Of a stretch of DNA of 64,000 nt, positions 1 to 10,427 are shown in pieces. Numbering within the stretch: the stretch's first letter is position 1; each line of letters begins with the position of its first letter. The position numbers were made by a program, and so were the translations under genes. The DNA is from Bilabrum cf. latius (taxonomy: Eukaryota), in assembly GCA_965178125.1 (NCBI GenBank), contig OZ237771.1, positions 1-64,000 on the forward strand. Reading direction: 5' to 3'. A model generated the notes under the pieces. The model was not told the origin of the DNA, ran no database searches, and saw only the letters and a list, made by a program, of their open reading frames with translations.

Positions 1-1037
1 CCCTAACCCTAACCCTAACCCTAACCCTAACCCTAACCCTAACCCTAACCCTAACCCTAACCCTAACCCTAACCCTAACCCTAACCCTAACCCTAACCCT
101 AACCCTAACCCTAACCCTAACCCTAACCCTAACCCTAACCCTAACCCTAACCCTAACCCTAACCCTAACCCTAACCCTAACCCTAACCCTAACCCTAACC
201 CTAACCCTAACCCTAACCCTAACCCTAACCCTAACCCTAACCCTAACCCTAACCCTAACCCTAACCCTAACCCTAACCCTAACCCTAACCCTAACCCTAA
301 CCCTAACCCTAACCCTAACCCTAACCCTAACCCTAACCCTAACCCTAACCCTAACCCTAACCCTAACCCTAACCCTAACCCTAACCCTAACCCTAACCCT
401 AACCCTAACCCTAACCCTAACCCTAACCCTAACCCTAACCCTAACCCTAACCCTAACCCTAACCCTAACCCTAACCCTAACCCTAACCCTAACCCTAACC
501 CTAACCCTAACCCTAACCCTAACCCTAACCCTAACCCTAACCCTAACCCTAACCCTAACCCTAACCCTAACCCTAACCCTAACCCTAACCCTAACCCTAA
601 CCCTAACCCTAACCCTAACCCTAACCCTAACCCTAACCCTAACCCTAACCCTAACCCTAACCCTAACCCTAACCCTAACCCTAACCCTAACCCTAACCCT
701 AACCCTAACCCTAACCCTAACCCTAACCCTAACCCTAACCCTAACCCTAACCCTAACCCTAACCCTAACCCTAACCCTAACCCTAACCCTAACCCTAACC
801 CTAACCCTAACCCTAACCCTAACCCTAACCCTAACCCTAACCCTAACCCTAACCCTAACCCTAACCCTAACCCTAACCCTAACCCTAACCCTAACCCTAA
901 CCCTAACCCTAACCCTAACCCTAACCCTAACCCTAACCCTAACCCTAACCCTAACCCTAACCCTAACCCTAACCCTAACCCTAACCCTAACCCTAACCCT
1001 AACCCTAACCCTAACCCTAACCCTAACCCCTAACCCC
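1..1037. repeat. Telomeric repeat array (CCCTAA)n, chromosome left end
   Basis: Perfect CCCTAA tandem array from base 1, with CCCCTAA-type variation at the proximal junction. Confidence 0.99.
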
Positions 1038-1607
1038 GGCGCCGCCGAGGGGCTGACAGGGCACACGAGCGGTGCATTCCACGTTGTTGGCCACAGGGAG
1101 CAACCACATACACGCATGCACAGTCCAATCGATCCACATACAACCCAAACAGGCCCGCTCACACAGCCCCTGAGTAGCCGCCCTCACGCCCATGTGCCAA
1201 CCCTATACCTCCGCGTATCTCGCTTAATATTGAGAAATCGACCCTAGACAAAAATTTTACGGATATTTACGCATCGAGACGCGTCGGATGGGGCCTGACA
1301 ATATCGACTCCGGATCGACCCATCCGCGAAACCGCTCGCACAAGCCATTTCAAGCCGCCTGCGGAACCGGCGCCGCCGAGGGGCTGACAGGGCACACGAG
1401 CGGTGCATTCCACGTTGTTGGCCACAGGGAGCAACCACATACACGCATGCACAGTCCAATCGATCCACATACAACCCAAACAGGCCCGCTCACACAGCCC
1501 CTGAGTAGCCGCCCTCACGCCCATGTGCCAACCCTATACCTCCGCGTATCTCGCTTAATATTGAGAAATCGACCCTAGACAAAATTTTTACGGATATCTA
1601 CACATCA
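1036..1607. repeat. Subtelomeric direct duplication (~240 bp copies, 331-bp period)
   Basis: 1036-1276 is nearly identical to 1367-1607 (ccggcgccgccgagggg...ggatat). The first copy abuts the telomere. Confidence 0.95.
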
Positions 1608-1693
1608 AGGGCTATCTAAATATATATAATGTGCGGCGTTTTGTTTTTTGGTCAAAAATTGTGCGTGCCCCGATCCTAACATGACCCCCAGAT

Positions 1694-1783
1694 ACCCTAA
1701 CCCTAACCCTAACCCTAACCCTAACCCTCGCTCGGGCGATGGATTGGGTCCATATATAAATTCTAACCTAAACCCTAAACCCT
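1694..1783. repeat. Interstitial and degenerate telomere repeats
   Basis: About five CCCTAA units at 1694-1727, degenerate ctaaccta/aaccctaaacccta at 1763-1784, and similar remnants at ~2195-2215. Confidence 0.85.
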
Positions 1784-2043
1784 ATAGTGTCTGTGCTGGG
1801 GCTAGCAGGTTGGGTGTGCGGGCGATGGATGGGGTCCATAGTGCCTGTGGTGGGGCTAGCAGGTTGGGTGTGCGGGCGATGGATGGGGTCCATAGTGCCT
1901 GTGGTGGGGCTAGCAGGTTGGGTGTGCGGGCGATGGATGGGGTCCATAGTGCCTGTGGTGGGGCTAGCAGGTTGGGTGTGTGGGCAATGGATGGGGGCCA
2001 TAGTGCCTGTGGTGGGGCTAGCAGGTTGGGTGTGCGGACGATG
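1782..2043. repeat. 54-bp subtelomeric minisatellite, ~5 copies
   Basis: Unit ccatagtgcctgtggtggggctagcaggttgggtgtgcgggcgatggatggggt recurs at 1836, 1890, 1944 and 1998, with a variant at 1782. Confidence 0.95.
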
Positions 2044-2847
2044 CATGGTGCCGTGGTAGTAACGTTAGGTTGGAGGTTGCTTTGGTTCTGTGAAGGTCCT
2101 GCCTCATTAAGGTGTACGATCGCGTTTGTGTACAGTGCTTGCCCGAGTAAAACAATGGTCAGGTATTTTAATACTATTGTAACCATTCACCGTTACCCTA
2201 ACCCCTAAACCTAGACCTCACCCTCCCGGAAATCTGAGCCAGACCTCTCCAATGGCCAGGACAAGCAAAAGTAGCGCAGCTGCTTAGCACGTTCCAAGAA
2301 AAATTCCTGCCCTTGATCCCGCGTACTCACTGGGCTTCACCCCGAACAACTGGTTCTTCACCGGCCCACCTGAATCCGGTATGCCTCTGACATTACGAAT
2401 GTACACGCCTGTTTCCCAATACACGCGACTGGCCTCGTCACTACATGGCTTCATATTCCTGATCCCCACCCTAGGGACCGTGTGCTTTGCTCTCTGCATC
2501 GCCACCTTGGCCCTATCCTTCCAGCTTCCACGCGCCGGTCCTGGCCGACCTGCCGTGCGCCCCATCTATCCACCCGGCTATTGGCCCTCTGCGCGCTGCT
2601 GGCCATGCATCCCGCTGCCACTCGCGTCTCCCTCGTGCCTTGCACCTGGAGTCCCCTCCCTCCCGTTGTGTTCTCCCTGTTGACACCGCACTATCGTCGC
2701 CTGTGCCGGTGTGTCCCTGTTGTCCCTCTCCACCTCCTGTACTCCTGCGCCCACCTCGTCTTCCGGCTCACCTCTGCTCCCCGTCGCTTCAATCCTGATA
2801 TCCGAGTACTTATAACACGATCAGCTAAGCATGCTCACTTAAGGCAC

Positions 2848-5634
2848 TCATGTCTTGATAATAAATCCCACAACGAGAGAGGGAGGTGCCATGCGGAGTG
2901 GAGCATCCCCAGAGGTCACTGTACCGCCCACTGCAGTCACTACATTTGGCGAGTATGCACTTCCAACCTTTCTCGTAGTAACACTATGCCTGTGATCTGG
3001 AAACCTGTCATGCTGCAAGGGGTTGGTCCAGCTCGCCCCGATGGTCCCCACACCGCTCACGCCGTCGATGGATGTGACCCCCTGCGCTGCAACGCCGAAT
3101 GGATACCTCCCCCTCAGATCCGGCACACTGAAAGTAGCCTCATCCGTAACCACGGTGCGATCCGTGAATGCATCTCCAATGACCGACCATAGCGTAGGAT
3201 AGCCAGCCTTGGCCAGCACCCGCCCATCACAGGGGAGCCAGCCCACGGGCACGTTTGCGGGATCGCGGACGTCTGCAGCATGCATAACGAGTGTCCCGGG
3301 AGGCACGCCGCTCCCAGAGCTACTACCACTGCCACTAGAGCTACCTGAGCCTGATAGCTGCCCTGTGGATCCATCAGACCCCACCAGGGCTGTGTTGCCC
3401 GCCACAGCCCCCGCCAGCATCGCTCCGTGCATCACCATCAAGTACTCGCTGCTGACTGCCAGCCCAACGATCTGGGCCCCTGGCTCCACGCCCTGGGCCT
3501 GTGTGACGACAGCACCATCGCGCTGTCTCGCGTAGTAGGCGGCGTGGGGAGTCAAGGTGTTGTATGGGTCATGCAGCGCCCCCGAGACCGTTGTTTGCAC
3601 CACGTTGCCGGTGGCAAGGGCGTGGGTTCGGCCCCGGGTGCTGTTGCTGCTGCGGCCGAACCTGGTGACGCCCACTGCCACCGGTCCTGGCTGCAGGAGT
3701 CCGACCCGGGCTTGGGCTGCCACGCCCGTCGATGACCGGTGGATTGCCAGGACTGAGTCTGCCACCTCTGGACTGCCAGCCAGGCCAACTGCAAGCACAT
3801 CTGTGCTCTAGCGGCTGTCACCCACGGGAAGCGGAATACCCATGGATAGCTGCAGCTCGCCATCAGTAGTCACCACACCGTCCTGCATCATTGAAGCCGC
3901 GGATCCGTCGCGATATGCCACCACGAAGCGGTTGGGCCTTGCGCAGCTCTGTGCTTCCGACACCAACCCGTACCCTCCCAGCCCAGGGCCACACGGCACC
4001 GAGGCAACGAAGACAGACAGCGCAGTAGGCACCGTGGATCCCGGGTGAATTACCACGGCGGCATGGAGTTTCACCTGCCGCACGGTCGTTCCATTGACCG
4101 ACATGCCTCGCAGGAGCAGCGCCTGGCCCTCCTCAAAGTCGCGATACGCCAGCACGGCTTCACCGGATCGCACTACGCCCAGGGCCATGTGCTCGTACCT
4201 GCCCCCACCCGGAATCGGCCCGCTGGAGGACGACTGCGGCTTGAAGCCGTCCTGGTTATTCAGCACAAACAGCTCGAATCGCCCCTGCTTGGACGAATCC
4301 CCCTGGTAGGCCAGCAGGAAGGTGTCCGAGGTAGGTGCAACCAGGGTCAGGAATCGCGATGACTGGTCTTGCTCGAGTACTAAGGCTGTTGAAAATGACC
4401 TAGTGCTGCCGTCAGAAGGCCGCACCTCCAGCGATAGACCCACGAGAGATCCGTCCTGTGGCTCGCGGGTTGCCACGACCAGCATGATGCGGTGACTGTC
4501 GCCCGTAGCTGCAGCCGGACCTGAAGGCGATCTGGAGGCAATCACCACGTCTGTTGCATCTACACGGGAACCGCCATCTCCAAGGGCTGAGGCTGCAACC
4601 TCATTCGTGGTGACGATGACTGTCGCAAGCTCAGTTGGGGCTGCGGTGGACACCTTAAAGACGGAGATCTGAACCACGCCCTTGCCACCCACAGGGGCAA
4701 TCCAAGCGCATGCCACGGCATCTGCTGCGAGACTGGCACAAGACGGCCTCGATACGTCCTTCATCGTGATGTCTGATGGGCTAAGATTGACGCTTGAGAT
4801 CTCTTCCACACCCCCGCTCGCCTCGTCAGGGCCCGGGCGAATCGGCCTGGCTCGTAGAAGGGTGGCTTGGGGCTTCGCGGTCTCCAGCTGCGAGTAAAAA
4901 GCCAGGGCCCCATGGCCGCTCCATGTAGGGGCAATGTCCATGAGGGATAAGTCTGCCGTGGCCATGCGACTGGAAGCGCTTTGCACATCGAGTCCGAAAC
5001 CAGGGCTTGCATACCCATCGATACCCACGCTCATGGCAATCATTGGTGCAATGGAGGAGGCGTTCGTGCTGCCAGGGCGCAGCGGCAGGCCCAGTGAAAC
5101 TTCTGGCCCAGAGCCCAGTACCTCAAAATCACCTCCAACTCTCAGTCCACCCGTGACGCCGAGCGAGCTGGACTTAAAGGGTGACGTCGGCTGTAGTGAG
5201 GAGGAGCTCGGGGCGAGACGGGCGATGTCGACGTGCTCAGGGCCATTGCTGATCGCGTCAAAGCCGCCAATCCGTAGTGCAATGTTATCTTCCAGGTGAA
5301 ATCCCACTTCTTCTGCGAAGTACGAGGCATCTTGGTCGTAGGCGACGGCATGCCCGAGATCGCCTGCAGTCGAGATGACCTAGGACAGCTCTCGAACCTA
5401 GCGTGACGGCGTCGAGAGCCCGCCTGTGTCCGACGAGAGGTCACTGTGTTGAGCTGATTGCGCGTTGGTTGCCTTGAGCTGGGCTTCTACCCGCTCGAGG
5501 CGGACAAGAATGTTGTTGAACCAGGACTTGCACGTCTCGATTGGGATGGAAGCGGGTTTTGCGCTAGCAGCTGCACAGCCAAACACAATTGCTACAGCGA
5601 TAGAAATACGAGTTGACTATACTGCCTTCCGCAT
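2848..5634 (-). CDS. Secreted protein (~928 aa) with C-terminal phage tail-collar domain; 4 in-frame TAG read as Gln
   Basis: ORFs 5398-5586, 3808-5307 and 2848-3798 share one frame and are separated only by TAG (5617, 5398, 5380, 3808). ATG 5634 gives a signal-like N-terminus MRKAVQSTRISIAVAIVFGCAAASA. The C-terminus PPGTLVMHA..VPVGWLPCDGRVLAKAGYPTLWSVIG..FSVPDLRGRYPFG matches the tail-collar consensus. Ends in TGA. Confidence 0.8.
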
Positions 5635-5888
5635 ATTGATAAGCTGCCGCTCGGTGTCTCGATCTGCAGCAGATATGCAAACGAAGATTCTTTATTATGA
5701 AGGATTCCACCCACTGGCACTCCGAGGGAGTCGCGCCGCGGCCGCCGGCGCTGCCACATCACTGTGGCACTTATGCTGGCAGCGTGGGGGTATCCACTTA
5801 CCCCGCGAAAAATCTTCTAACCAACTAGTCTAAGGCGTAGTGCACGCAACTGGAGTAGGTTAGGCTGAAATCGAAATCTCCACGAGCT

Positions 5889-8777
5889 TCAAGTTGCGGC
5901 CTCCCATGCCATCGCAACGGCCGTCACCCTACTCTGCAGTCGTTCGAACAATCGCTAGGCTCGGTCCTGATGCGAGGCACTGCCGCTAGCATCCACTGAT
6001 TCTTCTGCTGCCACCCTTTCTGCGGCAACCATACGAGCTGGAGCCCAGCCGGCAGCCCCACACAAGACATCCAGTGCGAACGACGGGGGAAGTCCACGCG
6101 CAGCATCGTCCAGCGGACAGACAACACCACCTCCTCTCCAGCCCACATGCAGATACGGAAACCCCTCCGGCACGCACCCGCGAAGCCCCCTGCCAGCTGC
6201 ATCGATCAAGCGAGGCTCCGCTGATGCGGAGGAAGTGCGCCTTTCAACGGCCACCCACTCCCCAAGGGCCTGTCTCATTCTTGAAGCCACGCGCGATGGC
6301 CCATCTTGAATAGGCACAGCAAGGCAGTGCACCACTGCCCGCACGCCCGCTTTGTCCACTCTGTGAGCATGCTCCACAAACACGGCTTGAAGCGGGGGTC
6401 TCGCTATGCCCGCCCCATCGCTTGGGCTAGTCTATCCGCGGTTGTATCCCGGTTTGCTCCCATCCACTTGCATGCCGCGAACCCGCCCCAGCGCGCCCTC
6501 CGGCACGGCCAGCAAGTCTTCGTCATGCGTCTGGTGAGCACCACCGCTCGCGGCACTGTCAGCCCAGTGTCCAGTCCGCTCCCACCCAGCACTTCGCGCG
6601 AGAGGCGCGGCTCCAACACCACTTGCAGCCGGTCTCTCTGCATCGTCTACAGCCGTCCACCGCGTCCCCCGAGCAGCCACCATCCGGTCGAACCGCGCCC
6701 TCAGCAGGTTACTCTCGCGATAGGCCTCCTCCTCAGCGCCCCGCACGCTCGCCACACCGGGGCCCTCCCCGCGCGCCACCAGCAGCACGTGCCAGGGGCC
6801 CAGCCTAGGACCGTCGTGCGCCGCTGATCCGCTGGTCAGTGCTCCGTGGGGCGGCTGCTGCTCCCGGGGCACGGCCACGATCCAATGCTTGCCCATGTGC
6901 ACCACCCTCGGCCCCTCGAAGGCAGGCCCTCCCACAAGGTAGGGGTCCTTCGACCTGCGCTCCTCCTCTCGCCGCCACGCTTGCGCCGCCCTTCGGCGCG
7001 CCTGCTCCTCCTGCCCCCTGCCCGTAAGGCGATCGGACGCTCCAGAGGCAAGAGCGACAGCCGCGGCCTCGTCCCCTTCTTCGTCATCCTCCCCGCGGCC
7101 TGCCCGACTGCCCCCAGCTCCCGACAAGAAACGAGCTCCTTCTGCAGCCGCCCTTCCTTTCCGCAGCAAGTTGCGGGCCATGGTCGCGTCCAGGTCCTGA
7201 GCGGCGCCCAGGGCCGCGCCCCCCACACCAGCAGCGGCCAGGGATGCGGCGCCCCCTGCGGCACCACCAGCAGCAACGGCCCGCCCCGCCGCCCGCTCCG
7301 CCCTCAGCTCCCTTGCCGCCTCGGCACGCCAGTCCAGTCCATCCCGGGCTGCAGCTCCTGCCACCGCCTCTCCATCTGTGGCAAAGCGGCGCTACAGCAT
7401 CCCATCGTCTCGCGCATGCCCGGCCACACCTGCCCGCCGCTTGCCCGCCCTGGCCCTGAGATCTCCGGACTCGAGGGGGGCTTGTGCAGGGCCTCCCCGC
7501 CTCAGCAGGGCGCCATCCACCAACCGCCCGTGCTCGTCCACCAGCGGCAACGAGGCGGGCTGGTCGGTCTTGGTGCTACTGGCGAGGGTTTTGCTCCGCA
7601 GATTGGAAGGTGCGAGCCCTGGTTCAGGTACAGAAGCGGGTGCAGGTGGCAGGGGCTTGCTTCGCTTCTTCCTTCCCAGCATTGCACGGAGAGAGGCAGC
7701 CCCTGCCCGATTGGAGCCCTGCTGTGCCCGAGCCTCTGCCCGATTGGAGCCCTCAGGCTGGTGAGAGCTAGCTATCGCTCGCATTTCCGCAACCCCTTGG
7801 CCTCCCGATAAGCTGGCTCGATGAATCGCTGGTGGAGATGGCGGCGTCGGTGGCCTATTTGAGGGCGTTTCTGTGCGCACAGCAGGGGCTGGGGCAGTGG
7901 CAGGGGCAGGGCCAGCAGGGGCAGGGGCAGGAGCAGGGGCTGGCTGTTGCACTGTCACACCCCCGATGGTGCCCCCTCGAGCACTCGCACCGGCAGTCCA
8001 GCCGGTCCCTGACACGCCAGCGCGCTTCAACTGTCGCAAAACTTCAGCCCTTCGAGCAGCGCGCCGGGTAGCGGCGCTTTGAGCATCACCAGTCTAACAA
8101 GAAGCACCTGCCTTTGGAAGAGGTGCCGCGATGCCATGCTATGCCATGCTGTCTACCACGGCTTGCTGTGTACGTTTAGCGACTGAAGGTACGGCGGGAC
8201 GCTCTGTGGCAGCCTGGCCTCGGTCTGTAGCATCTCGATACGGTGCAGACATCTAATTGAAGCGACTACGAAACGAGCCCTGGCGAGAACCCGCCTCCTT
8301 CTATCGAAACCGATCCCTGAAACCGCGCTTCGATCTGTGCGACGCGCGGTCCAGTCTTGCACCCGGGGTGAAAGCCGCATCATTCGGAAGAATCGGAAGC
8401 CCACCCCGTGGTTCATCATCAGGGCTTTGTACTTGTAAAGTACCCCCAGGTGACTTCCAAGCTTCCTATGCTTGCTAGGTATGCTGTGATTCCCGTTGCG
8501 CAGTAGCGAGCTGCGCGTCAGTCCTAGGCCTCTTTGGCGCCCGACTATCACCATCAAAACGTTTGTCAATGCTATTGATATCACGCTGCAGTACTGGGTT
8601 GACCCAAGCTCGTCTGGATTCCGCCTGCCTTGTCATTGCAACTGCACGGGCCCTCCTTTCGTCCAGTTCTGCCCTGTCGTGCTCGCGCCGGGCTCTCTCT
8701 GCTGATCTCTGCCGTTTCCTGGTGAGTCCATCAGAAGCTGAGAGCTAGGAGTTCATCTGCTGGTGTTTATCTGGCAT
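5889..8777 (-). CDS. CWF19L2: CWF19-like protein 2 (CwfJ C-terminal domains), splicing/lariat-processing factor; ~10 in-frame TAG
   Basis: Single frame from ATG 8777 (or 8756) to TGA 5889 when TAG=Gln. CwfJ-like motifs: HWIVAVP..PWHVLLV, VFVEH..AVVHCLAVP, GLRGCVPEGFPYLHVGW..FALDVLCG. Start position is uncertain. Confidence 0.75.
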
Positions 8778-9032
8778 GTGTGTGCTAGGCAGCTATCTCT
8801 CGGCTCGTCACAGCCCCGCCGGCGCCGCAGCGGAACTTTGGGCTGTGGCGCAGAGCGCCCCTGCCCGAGCCAAACTTTCTGCGCGGGCAAAAGGCAACTT
8901 TGCCCGAGCCTAACATTGGGTTCGGGCAGGGGCGCCCTCCGCCCGAGCCTAGGGTTTTCTTTTTTTCGGCTCGGACAGGTTGACAGGTAACCAGTGTCGT
9001 AGAATCTATGTCGTATGTTACAGGTTACCCCT

Positions 9033-9572
9033 AAAGCGCACGCTATCACGAAACCACAACGAGGGCCCGGGACATACGGTATCGGACTTCACGCTTCAGC
9101 TACAATGGCTTAAACCACCATGAGCTCCACCCTGGGTACCCATTACACCTGGGGAGTGTCAGCATTCACTTTCCCCCCGGCGCCCTCTGCCGGCATCCCG
9201 TCGTGCTGACCGGACCGGGCAGCCCGGTCTGGGCCAACCCTGCCTTAGCGTTGGCGATCGCCCCGGCGAAATTGTTGTTTTCGGCTGGTACTACGTCCAG
9301 GCCGGCAAAGACCTCCCGGACCGGCCTTACGAGCGCCCGTTTGGCCTTCGCTGCAGCCCTCCTCGATCCCTTCGAGACAAAACCGAGGATCCTTGAGTGG
9401 TCCTGCATGACCCATGAACGCATAGTAGGGTACACATGCTGTTCCTCGCGCACGTGCTGGTGCTGGGCGGTGACCGACAGACGAGCCTTAGCTACAGAAG
9501 ACCACGAGAGGCGCGCGTTGGCCGGAAAAGTTGAAACCCACCACCCCTTGTTCTCCTACCTCTTCTTCCGCC
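9033..9572 (-). mobile_element. Diverged 3' remnant of non-LTR RLE retrotransposon (family B)
   Basis: Homologous to 14577-15098 (WSSVAKARLSVTAQHQHVRE..MQDHSRILGFVSKGSRRAAAKAKRAL, plus conserved 3' UTR blocks). Confidence 0.85.
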
Positions 9573-9714
9573 AAACATAAATGAAAAATCAAAGTCTCCG
9601 ATCGTGCCACTCAGTGAGGCATTTATTTGAAATAAGGTGTACTTCTCTTCCCGAAAACCAGCTAGGCCTGTGACATTCTTGGAGCGAGGAAGCGAAGTCC
9701 TCCCTATCATCGAT

Positions 9715-9960
9715 AAGGACAGGACTACATGAGCGCGTGAAAGGCGAGATGCAGAACATCGTCAAAGAGGCCACGGGAGTACCTGCCATCATGGAACCGA
9801 CAGGATTACTTACCAAGGCACCAGGGACGGCAGCGCAAGGAGAAGGTGAACAGCTACGACCAGATCTAGTAGTCACTGTGGCACAACTGGTGCACAGACC
9901 AAGGACATCATCATCGACATCCGAGGGGTGGATTGCTTTGCTAAGACGTACAAGTCTGAG
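9715..9960 (+). mobile_element. Degraded restriction-like endonuclease (RLE) fragment of a non-LTR retrotransposon
   Basis: LHERVKGEMQNIVKEATGVPAIMEP..LRPDLVV followed, after a frameshift, by DIIIDIRGVD. This parallels IHETVKRELCRIGQHATG..RMDLVI..ILVDVTCVD at ~12770-12945. Confidence 0.7.
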
Positions 9961-10106
9961 CATGTAACCACCACCAGTACAGGACTAAGGGTATCAGGAG
10001 CATGAGATCACACGTTGTACACAGCACCCTAATCTCGCAGACAGTCACACATGGTTGCAGTTGGTTTCCTCCGAGAGCCCATCCTCAAAGTTACCAAAAA
10101 AAAGAA

Positions 10107-10427
10107 AACTGGCGAACGCTGCCCCTCAGCGCCCGAATAGCACGCGGCTTGATTGCCGCTCGAGTCTAATTGTGACCTCTCAACTTCCACATCCGCATGT
10201 GGTCGGTGATCCGATCCCCCTGATCCGAGACACTCGTCACACATGCCCAACCCACACCTGCCCGGCCTGTGCCTCCCCCTTCCTATCCGCCTCATCAACC
10301 CAATGACCCCACCGATCATCTTTTCCTCCACCATATCCTCCCCCGTTCCGGTGAACCGTCGTCCCCCCCTCCCTTTGCTCTACCCTCCCCCCCCTAGCTG
10401 CCCTCTCTCTCTCTCTCTCTCTCGCAC
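10107..10427 (+). repeat. Left part of a conserved non-coding repeat (element 'AB'), split by the RT retrotransposon; continues at 13836-13945
   Basis: 10107-10395 and 13848-13945 are colinear with the uninterrupted inverted copy at 25337-25795. Confidence 0.8.

Noticed and set aside
1782-2043. CRISPR-like array or coding repeat (ORFs 1648-2208 and others)
   Set aside because: It is a head-to-tail tandem repeat without unique spacers in a eukaryotic subtelomere. The ORFs are by-products of the 54-bp unit.
2284-2565. Small minus-strand ORF in the subtelomere
   Set aside because: No recognisable motif or supporting gene structure.
2848-3320. Prophage or bacterial contamination suggested by the tail-collar domain
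   Set aside because: No other phage genes are present, the gene is contiguous with the telomere and eukaryotic genes, and it uses TAG as a sense codon.
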